This document shows positions 1-12,398 of a stretch of 64,000 nucleotides of DNA, one piece after another. How positions within the stretch are numbered: position 1 is the first letter of the stretch; every line of letters starts with the position of its first letter. The stretch is taken from contig NW_024704743.1 of the NCBI RefSeq assembly GCF_018977255.1, positions 61,568,001 through 61,632,000 of the forward strand. The letters run 5' to 3'. This DNA comes from Callorhinchus milii (lineage: Eukaryota). The translations under genes and the position numbers were made by a program. The notes under the pieces were generated by a model. The model saw only the letters and a list, made by a program, of their open reading frames with translations, had not been told where the DNA came from and did no database searches.

Positions 1-272
1 ATCCTGGACTAGACCATCTGATGAAAGATTTTCCCAAAGATATTTGAGCAGACTGTCCTGAAGTATTCATTCTCCCAGTGTCCTAGTCAACAATCCCCCA
101 AATAAAATTGGTCATTCACTTTGTGACTGTTTGTGAAACATTACTGTTTGCAAACTGGCTACCACATTCACCTACAAATACAGTCTCTACACTTCACAGT
201 AAAATTCTGTGAAGAACTTTGAGAAGTGTAGATGGTGTGATGAGGTGATATATCAAGTGCAAGGATTATTAT
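1..272 (+). mobile_element. DeuSINE 3' part
   Basis: cagtgtcctagtcaacaatcccc followed by the common SINE tail ending tgcaaggattattatt. Confidence 0.65.
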
Positions 273-694
273 TTTAAGGCTGTTTGCATGAAAATGAAAG
301 CAGGATATGAATATTCTATGATTATCAGTGTTTAAAGTGAGTCAACCAAACAGGGAGTCTCGAATCAAAAACTTTCATTTTCTGCATCACCTTGTGTATA
401 AATATCTTTCTTCATCCACAGTGGAGAACTTTTGTCAGCCATTTGCAATGGATGTGTTTACTCAATGAATTTTTTGGTCTTCCCCTTGTGTTATCTTTTG
501 CTTTGGTTCTCTTAAACTGATGAAAACTGTTCTCCCTTTTTTAATTTACTCCTTTTTAAATATTCATCTAGTTCTATTTTAAAAGCTAATATAGATTCTG
601 AGTGGGAAAAAAATTATCTTAACCTCCCTATTTGCTGGTTTGCTAATATCTTAAGTCGATGCCCTCTATTTACTGAGGGCATCAATTTAAGATG

Positions 695-905
695 GTCTGT
701 GTCCTGGCAAACAATCCCCACATAAAATTGATCATTCACTTCATGGCTGTTTGTGGGACATTGTTACACGCAAATAGGCTGTCATGTTTGCCACAAAGTT
801 CACGGTCACTGCACTTTACAGTAAATCCTGTGAAGCACTTTGAGATATGTTGATGACGTGATAAGGCACTGTATGAAATGGAATTTTATTATTGTTATTT
901 ATTAT
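695..905 (+). mobile_element. DeuSINE 3' part
   Basis: gtgtcctggcaaacaatcccc plus the shared tail. Confidence 0.65.
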
Positions 906-919
906 TAATGAATAATAAT

Positions 920-1195
920 ATTCGAGGTCTTTAAAATTATGAAAAGTTTTGCAAGAGTCAATAGGGAGAAATGATTCCCACTGGTTGGAGACTCAGTCTG
1001 ATTAAATTAATGGCATCAATTTAAAATAGTTAGAAACAAGGAAATAAGGAGGTTAAGATAATTGTTATCACACAAATCTAAAAACAAGGTTAACTACAGG
1101 ATATAGGGGAAAAGGCAGGTAAATGGGACTGAAAGTATTGTTCTTTAAAAGAGCCAACACAGACACTTCTGTACTGTACATTTTAATGGTTTTAT
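920..1195 (+). mobile_element. Decayed CR1 LINE 3' end
   Basis: gaggtctttaaaattatgaaa (EVFKIMK) followed by CR1-type 3' sequence similar to other copies in the window. Confidence 0.6.
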
Positions 1196-1743
1196 GGATC
1201 GCCTTTGAAACTCATAACCCCATTGGCTGGAAATAAAACAAAAGAGCAATCAGCAAGTTATTTCCTTCCTCATTGTGGAAAAGGGTAGGTCTTCACTGTG
1301 TGATTTTCTCTAAACCATAGGAATCTTGTTACTATACATGGAAATTTTAGGGGGAAAAAATGCATTTTACCATTTTGAGGCAAAATCAGATGTGTAAAAA
1401 GACAGGGAAATGGGATTAAAGAGATAGCTCTTACTGAAAGCTGATATAGGTTTGATAGGATGATTAGCCTCTCACAGTACCAAAAAAATCATGATTCTAA
1501 CCTGTCATGGGAGACTGAAGGGGAAACAAAAGTCAGCAACAATTCATAACAAAGTCATTCCGATGCTCCACTTAGGCAAGCTATCAAAAATGCATGGTTA
1601 AAGAATAATTGAGACAAAGCAACATGAGAGGTTTTGATTCATCCCACCTGCTCTCGCACTTGTCTCAACCCTCTTATAATAATGTATGATAGCAATATAA
1701 TAATATCAGCTCAGGTGATGACACTATCAATGCATGGATGCTT

Positions 1744-1935
1744 ATAATAATAAACCTTGCATTTGATGTAGCGCTTTATCACATCTTCAAGACGTCTCAA
1801 AGCGCTTCACAGAATATACAGTAAAGTGAATTGGCTGGATAATATGTGTGCAAAGCGGGCAGGCAATTGCACACAGTAGTGTCCCACAATAAGTCGTGGA
1901 TTGAGTGACCAAATTTTTTTATTATTATTTTGTTT
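1744..1935 (-). mobile_element. SINE 3' half
   Basis: Reverse complement of the shared SINE tail. Confidence 0.7.
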
Positions 1936-1974
1936 ATTTTATTTATTCCAGCTTTTGGAGCTTGTGCGTAATGT

Positions 1975-2200
1975 CGCTGTCTTGTTTGATTCCCACTGTC
2001 TTTCAAACCCCACATTTGTACTTTTATCTGCATACTTTTCCTTCACCTCTGAAACAATGGCTGCCATCAGCACGATCTCTCCCCTCCGGCCGCTGAGACC
2101 CTCTTCCCTGTTTTGATCACGTCCAGGCTTGACAACAACAACAACAACAATGCCAATGCTCTGCTCGCTGGACTCTCCTGAAATCCTGAATTCTAGTGGG
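1975..2200 (+). mobile_element. Old L2 RT fragment with an internal (ACA)n insertion
   Basis: Remnants of FDSHLSFKPHI, AAETL and ITSRLD/ANALLAG motifs. Confidence 0.6.
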
Positions 2201-2294
2201 ATGTCAATGAACATTCAAATCCATTGTTGGCACATGGCACTGCAATGTCCAGTTTCCACCCTCTCCCCATATACAAACACGTGCAAACATATTA

Positions 2295-2485
2295 CTAATA
2301 ATAAACCTTACATTTGATACAGCATGTTTCATGTCGGGAGGGACGCCTCAAGTCACTTCACTGAATTTACTGTAAAGTGGAGTCACGGTGAATTTCACTC
2401 CGACCAATTTGCCCACAGGTGTTCCCTGCATGAAGTGAATGGCCAATTTTATGTGGGGGATTATTGGCCAGGACACCAGGAGAAA
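2295..2485 (-). mobile_element. DeuSINE 3' part
   Basis: Shared tail plus ggccaggacaccaggagaaact. Confidence 0.65.
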
Positions 2486-4454
2486 CTATAGTAAAATAAT
2501 TACCAGAGAAAGGCTGTTGCGAGTGGTTTCAAAAGCCAACTCCGGGATCCATATGTATCAGTCACATGAGAAAGTGCACTGCTAATGTAAGCTCTTTCAA
2601 GTTCTTTCTGGAATGAAAAAATGCAACATTTCATAACAGTTATGATCTGATTACATCAAATCTGTTAGGTAATGTCACATTTTCCCCTCCACACCTCAAG
2701 GTCAAACCAATTTGCATAACGAACTTGTCCAGTTCTCAGATAGTACAGAGGAACAAAATGTTAAATAATCTTAAAACTGTTGAAAGCACAAAATCCATGT
2801 ATTTACTTATGAGACCTTGGCTCTGAGCTGTGATTGCTTTGATGCAGTGCCAAAGGAACATAGGAACCAGGAGCAGGAGGAGGCCATTCAGCCCATCATG
2901 CCTGTTCACCAGTTTATTAGATCTCACCAAGATCTAATAATGCTGGCAATGCTTATGGCCTTTCACCATACCCCACAATACCTATGATTTAATGATTTAA
3001 TAAACTGAAGGAACAGGTCTGATCATTTGAGTACAGTCCTTGTTCCTATGGCCCGACTGTTCAGTGAAAAGTTAATTTTCAGCCACAAATGATTGTGTGA
3101 TATAAAAGAAATCTGTGGCTGAGCCTATTTGCACTAGTTTGTATGACGTACATGGGCGTTCGCTCCTGAGGCACATGTTCTGAAGGCAAAGAGCGAGCTT
3201 CGGACCCACTTTGCTCAGCAGTATTTTTCACCATCATAGTCACCAGTATTATTATTATTATAATTTCACCATTATTATTATTTTATTATTATAGTCAAAT
3301 GCTCTTGAGATGCAACTTTGTACATTAGAATTGTCACCAGCATCAACTGGGAACCTTTAACGACTGTTTACTGTATTAATATGGATTACCTTATCAGTTA
3401 AAAGCACTGAAATTTAATAAGCATATATATTTGGTGAGTTTCAAAAATAAATGTAACTAAACAGGATGCTCAACAAATACGTTTTCTCTCTGAATATGCT
3501 CCTTGTGTACTGTTGGTATTGAAAAGATAGAGCTGTAGTTTACTTTTAATTAAAAATGTTATCGGCACACTGCTTAGAGCGCAATGAGCTGCACCTTCCA
3601 CAGTTTACATAAAACTGCCCCTAGAGTTCAGCAAGGTTTTCACTGATTTTCGCTGATCCTGCCTACAAGCAGGCAACATTTACAATGCATGTGGAACGTT
3701 TATCTTTCAGTAAGTTTTCAGAATTATAAAGAGAATAAAGAGAAGAAATTCATTTGAGCATAATTACAAATTTGTGTTTCTCCAGCCTGCTTTGGGGAGC
3801 TAAGCTTCGAATTTCCTTTGGAAGGTATTCAATGAAAATGTACTTACACTGAATCAATTGATTCATTTGGCTATGCATTCAAATCCATTAATAATATCAG
3901 AATTCTCTTTGACTCTTGCTATGATGTTACAGAAGAAATGGGCATTGAGGCTTAGGGTGAATCAGGTGGTTCCCATTTCATTCCTGAAGTTGATGTTTGC
4001 TGTGAAGGGTCCAGTGGATACTGGACAGAAATGAACTGTCACCACTGCTTTGGAAGCAACATTTATCTTGCAGACATCCTGTATTTTGAATAAGATAAAA
4101 CACAAGTTTACCACAGTCAGAGGCCAATCTCCTATTCAGACTATTGCCTTTCATCTTTTAAAGCTGCTCAATCATTCAGTTGTTAAGCACTTCAATATGT
4201 TTCCCTTTGAAGAACCACAGGAGATTAGATGGTATAAATGATATTTGAGGCTAACTTCAACTGTGCAATGGTGACAGATCACATTTCACTGTATAAAATA
4301 TTGGTTAGATTTCAGCTTTGAGAAGAGTCTGGTACTGAAATTGGTGAAAGTTATATTTCCAGTAAAATCTGTGCTGTATAATGTTTGCAAATGTTTCTGC
4401 CAGGCCACGAGCCACCAAGGGTGGTATTGACAAAAAAGAACAGATAAACACCCA

Positions 4455-5997
4455 GTCTTCCTCTCCCACCGCCCTCCCCGACTACTATCTCTGCTCGATC
4501 TTCTCACAGCCTCCCTCTGCTCCAGCCTGTGAATCCTCCATCAGGCCCACCGTGACAGACACCACTGGCTGTCCAACAGCCACTCTGACTGCCCTATTCC
4601 CCATTCTCGCCGCAAAGCCCTCTCCTTACCTCCCAGCTCCGCCTCCTGCCCCTCTACTCACAGACATCATAAACATCTCCCTGTTCACTGGTATTGTTCC
4701 CACCCCATTAAAAAAGCCGTCATCACTTCCATCCTTAAAAAACTCTCCCTGGACCCATTCCTGCTCTCAAACTACCACCCCATCTCCAGCCTCCTTTCCT
4801 CTCAAAGGTCCTGGAACGAGTTGATGCTTCTCAGCTTCGCTCCTTCCTCTCCCGATACTCCCTTCAGGAACCCCTCCAATTGTGTTTCCGTGCCGCCCAC
4901 AGCACAGAAACAGCCCTGGTCAAAGTGACAAATGACATTGTGTCCATCTGCGAGCAGGGCTCCCTCTGCCTCCTCGTCCTCCTCTCTGCTGCCTTCAATG
5001 TCATTGACCACTCTATCCTCATCCAACACCTCTCTTCTCACCTCAACCTTCACGGTTCTGTTCTTGACTGGTTCAGATCGTACCTCTCACACCGCTTCCA
5101 CTTCATCGCCATAAACGGTTTCCCCTCTAGCCCCCGCACCATCTCATGCTGCGTTCCTCAGGGCTCAAGTCCTGGATGAGAGCTAACTGTCTTCATTTGA
5201 ACGTTAACAAGATTGAAGCCCACTTGATTCGCTCTCGTCAGCGCCTCCACAGCTCAAGAGCTGACAACATCACCATCCATGGAGGCACACTCCACCTTAC
5301 TAAGGCAGTCCAGAACCTTGGGGTCATGTTTGACCCTCAACTATCCTTTCTACCCCACATCAATGCCATGATCCGCTCTGCCTTCCCCCACCTCTGCAAC
5401 ATCACCCGGCTCTGCCATTGTCTCACACCGCAGGCCACTGAGACCTTCATACACGTATTCATGACATCGAGGCTTGACTATGCGAACTCCCTGCTTGTCG
5501 GCCTCCCTGACTCCTCCCTCCATAAGCTGCAGATCACACAGAACTCTGCAGTCTGTGTCCTCTCCCGCACTAGGCTCCATGACCCCATGATCCCCATCCT
5601 CACCCGACTCCACTGGCTTCCTATCACACAGAGGATACAGTTCAAGATCCTGCTCCTCACCTTCAAAGCCCTCTATGATCTTGCTCCCCCCTAACATCCT
5701 GCCCGCTCCCTCTGCTCAGCGTGCTCCGGCCTGCTTCACATCCCCCGCCTCGTCCACCCCACCATTGTCGGGCAGCCTCCAGCCACACTGCCCCCACCTT
5801 CTGGAACGCCATCCCATAGTCGCTCCACCTCACTCCCTCGCCTCCCTCAAGACCCATCATCTCCTCTTCGACCGTGCTTTCGATCACCCTGCATCCCCCA
5901 TGCCCTCCACCCACCCCGATCCGAAACACTGATTGTCCAGCACCTTGGGACACCCTCCTGACGTGAAAGGTGCTATACAAATGTAATTTTATTGCTG
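4455..5997 (+). mobile_element. L2 LINE, 5'-truncated, with a decayed and internally deleted RT
   Basis: Motifs FRAAHSTETALVKVTNDI, VPQGS, SRLDYANSLL and LHWLPITQRIQFKILLL; L2 tail gacgtgaaaggtgctatacaaatgtaatt. Confidence 0.92.
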
Positions 5998-7721
5998 TGG
6001 TTGGTTTTCCACATCTGTCAATTACCCAACTGAATAAAATGAAAGAGAACAGTCAAAGCAATTCCCAGCAACATTTTGACATGCTTAAGTTTAATGAACA
6101 GTGCATTCAGAAATTGCAAGCTTTATTTATAAGCTTTCACTTTCTGAATTGTAAAGACCCAGTTTATCGCATTCTTTCGATATAGTTAACATTTACAATT
6201 ATCAATGTATCAACCAGGAATTATAGGATGTATGTGAGGCAGACAGGAGTCAGGCAAACCCCTAGCCCCAACCGTGACACCATTGTCATTGCTCACATAC
6301 TTGAAGTCAGTTGTTCATCTGATGTCTAGAACACAGATTAAACTGTTAATGAGCGGGATAACTTTTTACCTCATGAAAAAGCTCAGGGTAAACGTATTCT
6401 ATTGAAAGTTGAAGATACAACCCACAAAGGAAGCAAATGAGCTATTCCCATTCTACAATATCAATGGTACACAAGCAGATTAAAGGCAGGAGGACTGACA
6501 GCTCCTTGTGGAATCGATGGAAGGCATTTTGAATTGATATCTGTTGGTACAGATTTTATTATACCTGGTGTTAGGGCTCTGGTACCAATGTCATTCTACC
6601 TGGTGTTAGGGCTGCAAAATCACAATGTTCAAGGTGTCAGAATGCTTTCATTGGACAAGAGCATATGCCGCTTGAGACGCACAATGTGTTATGGATGGCA
6701 TGATGCCAGCTGAGTCGGTGACCCGAAGGAAAGTAAGATATTGCTGTTGTGACTCATACATACCTACGTGAACAGAACAAAGACTGGCTGCTGGCAGTGC
6801 TGGACCCTAAGTGTCCCCTTGGTATAATGTCACAATCAATCCCTAAATGCTCATCGAACCTACACTTCGTTGATGACAGGAGTCTATCTGCACCAGATAA
6901 ACTCTGCTAAACTGAAGCAGCCTCCCCTGGGGAGGGAAAGGTAGAGGCAGAGAGTTATTATTGTTTCCCAAGTGTGCATTAAGGAACGAAGGACCATGTC
7001 ACAGGAAGTTAAATCAATAGCAAACCAGTGTGTGGTATTGGTAGTGTTTGCAGATCGATAACAGCTTAAAGTCCCTGTAATTCGATTCCCCACGAAGCAG
7101 CAATTTGGGAATAGCACAGGAACAAGAAAGTGCAGAGTCATGCCTCAGGATGAATGCTTGATGTCAGCAACCAGTGAAATCTCAGCAGTCAGATCCAGTT
7201 ACTGCCAACCTCCTGTTGGTGAACCAGGGAATCTCGATAAATTGGTTTGCTGTGGCAACTAAGCAGTGGAAAATACAAAAATACAGTGTTAAACCCACAT
7301 TAGACACAGATCCCAAAGCATCAGTGAGTTCTTGTTGAAAAAGACTGCTTTCATTCAGCAGAACAGAAATGAGGAAACATTTATTTTTCTTTTACACAGA
7401 GGTTCTGAAAATGTGGAATAAACGACCCATAAAAGGCAGAGCTAATTGAGATATTTAAAAAGATGCTAAGTAGGTACTTGGGTAATAAGAATATTAATGG
7501 ATTTTGACAAAAGGCAGGGAAATGGGAATAAAAAATCTGACATGATCTAATAAACTGGTAAAACAACAGAAAGGGCTGAATTGCCTCCTTATGTTCCTAA
7601 TTTCGGACTAATTTTGATCTGCTTTAATTTAAAGTATGTTCGAACAAGAATGTCCAAATAAAAACAATTTTAAAAAATTGGACTATACAAACAAGCAATC
7701 ACAATCAGACTAAAGGAAGAA

Positions 7722-7928
7722 AAGTGTTTTACCCACAAAATGTACAGTCAATTCACTTTACAGTGTGTTCTGTGAAGCGCTTTGGGACGTCCTCCCGACG
7801 TGAAAAGCGCTATATCAAATGCAAGGATTATTATTATTATTATTATTTACAGTATATTCTGAGAAGCGCTTTGAGATGTCTCGAAGACGTGATAAGACGC
7901 TATACCAAATGCAAGGATTATTACTGTT
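7722..7928 (+). mobile_element. Two tandem SINE 3' tails
   Basis: Two consecutive ctg(t/a)gaagcgcttt...caaatgcaaggattatt units. Confidence 0.8.
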
Positions 7929-9579
7929 ATTTCAGCTCTGCCTTGGCCTGTTACCATTGTTTAATTTTCTACCACTTCCCACAAACCACTTTGTAAGTCT
8001 TCATTCTACTGGGTTGAGCAGCAGGTGGCAACCCAGTGAATTACAGTAGGAAAGTAAATCAAAAATAAATTGACTGTTACATAATTTTCGCAAACTGTTT
8101 TATGCTTATAAATAAAAGTAATGCAACTTTAAACGACAAAACTCGACATAGTACAAGCAAAATTACATTGTAATTTAAAACTGCATTAAATTGATTACTA
8201 GTGTACTGGGACAAATTTACTAAACCTTCTCAATAAAGCAGAATGCCACTTAGCTCACATCAATTTGCACTATATGGAGTACGTAGAGCAGAATAAAAGG
8301 AATTTATGAACAGCATAGATTACTATAGATTCCATATCTATTAGATATAGAAGATTCTATATATATTGCCTGCATTCATCTTGTCGAGCATGCTTTACGA
8401 TTAAGTAATCGTAGGAAATAACATTATTGGATTTAGTACATAGATAGTTCGGCACACATGTGCATGCAACCGCCAGGCAGGTGGAAGTCGAACTAGATGG
8501 ACCTTGGTCTTTTTATCGTCTATAGCATTTTTTATTTTCTTATAAGTCTCTGCAATTCTCCATAAGTCCATTTCACTGCCTTTTCTCCCTGTCCCTTAAC
8601 ATTTTTATTTACCAAGTATCCTGCATACATAAGAGAGAAGGGAATGGAGTGGCATGGGGAAGGGGGTCGGCTAGGGTGAGACGAATAGGATGGATGGAGG
8701 TTCTGGTAGAGTATAAATAATGGCACGGACAAATTGGATTGACAGGTCTGTAGATTATGTGTAATTCTATGAATCCAACTATCTAACTTGGTATGACTTG
8801 ATCAAATCTATTGCCTGCTGAGATAGTCTGTTCTCTATTTTCCTTGCTGGACTCCCCTTTAGGACTAATTTAAAATTATATGCTAGATTTCCCTGGAGTG
8901 AAGGTGTTCTCTATTTTCCCTTCATTATGCTGAAAACCTCAATCGGATCACACTTCAACAACAAACATAATGCAGGTTTTCTCAACTTATCCCACTGAAA
9001 TTAAAGACGACAAGAGCACCAGGTAGCGTACTTTCAAATTAAAGCACTTCTGCTATCTCGATCTAAAAGCAAATATTCATTAATATATATTTTGCCTATC
9101 CTGAAACACAGTCCTCATTTAAGGCTCATGAGACATGCTATTTCAGGACTCCTCTCATACGTTGTTACCTGACGTCATTTATAGGGAAAGGCTACTTTAT
9201 CCATTTATTTTAATGGGCGGCATTTCATTCTGGAAGATGACCTGGGGCCATTTAACTCCAAAAAAGAAACAAACTAAAGTACCAGCTAGTTTTGCAGAAG
9301 GTACCCAATTATAGTAATATGGGAAAACAGACTCTGGAGGAGGCTGTTCAGCCCATCAAGCCTGTTCCACCATTTTACCAGGTTGTGGCATATCTTTTAA
9401 GCCCAATGCCTTTATGCCATACTCCTTAATACCTCTACCACCCAGCAATCATCCTTGTTGATTCTACCTCTACAGTTTTCTGGGACAGAGCATTTCACTC
9501 TTTAATAACAAATGCTTCCTGACTTCAGTTTTAACTGTCTTGGCTTTGATTTTAAGTAATAGAGGCAAGTATCTGCTAT

Positions 9580-10178
9580 CTGCTGCCGAGACCCTCGTAT
9601 GTGCATTCATTAAATCGAGGCTTGACCTTGCAAACTCCCTGCTTGTCGGCCACCCCAACTCCTCCCTCGATAGGCTGCAGATCATCCAGAACTCTGCAGC
9701 CCATGTCCTCTCCCGCACCAGGCTCCATGACCTTATCAACCCCATCCTGACCCGACTTCACTGGCTTCCCAGAGAATCATACTAGGATACAGTTCAAGAT
9801 CCTGGTCCTCACTCTCAAAGCTCTCCATGGCCTTTCTTTCCCCTACCTCTGCTAATGCCTAAATCCCTACCAATCTCCCCACGTCCCCCGCGACACCTGC
9901 CCCACCATTGGCGGGCGGACCTTTAGCCACTCTGCCCCCAGCCTCTGGAACTCCATCCCGCAGTCCCTCCACCTCGCCCCCTCCCTTGACACTTTCAAGA
10001 CCCATCTCAAGACCCTCCTCTTCAACCGTGCTTTTGATCTCCCTGCTTTCCCCCCGCCCTCCACCCTCTCGGATCCCGATCCCCAGCTCATGTCCGAAAC
10101 ACTGATTGTCCAGTGCCATGGGACATCCTCCCAACGTGAAAGGCGCTATACAAATGTAATTTTGTTGTTGTTGTTGCT
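9580..10178 (+). mobile_element. L2 LINE 3' fragment
   Basis: SRLDLANSLL and LHWLP motifs; tail ending in (TTG)n. Confidence 0.9.
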
Positions 10179-10419
10179 GCTATATTGATTCTACTTTTTT
10201 TATTAAAAGAAGATTTGGATCAAAATGTTCTTTCATTGTTTTTCCTACAAGAACATATCTAGGTTTCCTATTGTTCCTTCATAGCTCAGTGATTCCAAAT
10301 GTGAATTTACTTTTTTTTTAATCACTTTCCCTGCCGCTATTTCTTTCTGAAGGAACAGTGATAACATTTACACAATATGTTACCGAGTCAAAAACACAGA
10401 GGTCACAATGTGAATTCAT

Positions 10420-10650
10420 AACAACAACAACAACAACAACAACATTACATTTGTATAGCGCCTTTCACATCGGGAGGACGTCCCAAGGCGCTGAACAGCG
10501 TACAGCATTTCAGAACTGAGCTGGGGTCAGGGGCGGAGAAGGGAGGGGAAGGGGGGCGGCCGATCGCATGGTCGAAGAGAAGGGTCTTGAGGTGGGACTT
10601 GAAGGAGGCTAAGGAGGGGGCGAGGCGGAGTGATTGGGGGATGGATTTCC
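10420..10650 (-). mobile_element. L2 LINE 3' end
   Basis: (CAA)n followed by the reverse complement of the L2 tail; FKSHLKTLLF. Confidence 0.9.
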
Positions 10651-11195
10651 AGATATTAAATCCTGATAGAAACCAGATGTGCGGCATATTGACATGCGGG
10701 ATTTCCACTCTGCCATGTTCTCCTTCTGGTTATGTCCAGGAATAGATGTCTGGACCAGTGTGACGCACATCTGGCTATTGACAAAATATTTCCAAATTGA
10801 GAGTAGGACTCCTGCATTTTAGACTCCAATAAACTTGAAGTTATTCTTACCTGTGGATGAATTTATCAATTTGTTTTGGCAGTTGGATATTTGATTCATG
10901 AGGAAACCCATCACAATGCTTAAGAATATACAAACCAGACTGAGTTCTGCTGTATACATGCTGTATAATAACCACTATACGAATGCAAGTTGTTGTTGAA
11001 AGTTCCATGTATACCACCTATACATAGAAATTTCTGTGTCTGGAGTGGAATGCCTTGGAAACTGTTAGAGTTTAACCAAACAAAGCTGCATAGCTTGCCA
11101 TTGAAAACACTGTCTGGGAAGCTTCCCAACAGCAGTTTTTCTAGCAACCAGAAGTATGACTTGTCAATAAACAGGAGCTTCATCCCAATGAAATC

Positions 11196-11582
11196 GTGGA
11201 ATCCTGTAGCTTACTGGTTAGATCACTTGCTTTGCAAGCAAGAGGACCTGGGTTCGATTCCGGGGCAGGGAGAAACATTCAACAAGTTTCTTTATTCCGC
11301 ATTCCTTTGTTTACCTAGCAGTAAGTAGGAACCCGGGTGTTAGTCGATTGGCAGATCGCTTTTCTGGGGAAATAATCTCTTTGAAATTTTTTTAAAAAAT
11401 AATAATAATTTGGTCACTCAATCCACCACTGATTGTGGGATACGGTGGGTGCAATTGGCTGCCGGGTTTCACCCACAAAATATATAGTCAATTCACTTTA
11501 CAGTATATTCTGTGAAGTGCTTTGAGACATCTCAAAGACGTGATAAGGGGCTTTTTCAAATACAAGGATGATTATTATTATT
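11196..11582 (+). mobile_element. Full-length tRNA-derived SINE (Ala-TGC-like head, L2-like tail)
   Basis: A box tagcttactgg, anticodon arm cttgc-tttgcaa-gcaag, B box ggttcgattcc, shared body and (ATT)n tail. Confidence 0.88.
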
Positions 11583-12247
11583 TCTGGAGTGGAATTCCAG
11601 TGGGCCAACAAGAATTCTGATCGATTCATTAGTGAGGAATCTCAATATGAAATAGCACAAATTACAGCAGAGTAATGTATGCTATTCCTTGAACTTCAGG
11701 ACCTGCCTGATGGAATGCAGTGAATTTTTTTTATTGGTCCTGTAAATTTTTTTGATCTTTGGCACTATTTGAATACAATTTCCTATTATATATCCCTAAG
11801 TCACCAAAAAGAAGTAAAACAATGAACAAGGGAACAAGCGTGTTACTCTCATTTCATTGGATGCAATTTGATGGATCTACTTATACCCACCAGCAACATT
11901 ACATTTGCCCTTGAAAGCATTGGCTTACATTTTGAGTGTCAGATTGAAGCATCTATTCAAATTCGCACCACCATTGATCATAATCCTATGAATCTTCATG
12001 TCCAACCAATTCATTTTTGAATGCATATCTTTTATTCCATTTGTTTTAATTTTAGCTAAAGTTAAGTGAGTCACTAAAGTGAGTCGTTATCAAACACCTT
12101 CTGAATACTATGTAATGAAAAATTACCACAGTAATTCTATTATGTACTCAAAGAATGCCAATAAACTTGAGCTAGAGTTAGGTGTTATCTGTCTTTGATA
12201 AGTCTATTATAGCTTGGAGGTTTACATAGAACATTACAGCACAGAAA

Positions 12248-12398
12248 AAACAATTGGATTTATATAGCATCCCTCACGCAGGGTAGAGTCCGAGAGCCAT
12301 TTTTGATGGTGGCGGAGTACCAGGGGGAGGGAGAAAGGGAGGTGACCGCAAGCACGGTTAAAGAGCAACGTCTTCAGGCGCAGCCTAAAGATGGGAAG
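12248..12398 (-). mobile_element. Short L2 3' end nested in a CR1 tail
   Basis: LKTLLFNRACGHLP and a second L2 tail variant, flanked by CR1-type sequence. Confidence 0.7.

Noticed and set aside
9170..9177. Perfect CRE palindrome TGACGTCA
   Set aside because: A single 8-mer in 64 kb is compatible with chance, and there is no supporting context.
11196..11270. tRNA-Ala(TGC)-like gene
   Set aside because: It continues directly into a SINE body and tail that recur several times in the window, so it is a SINE head.
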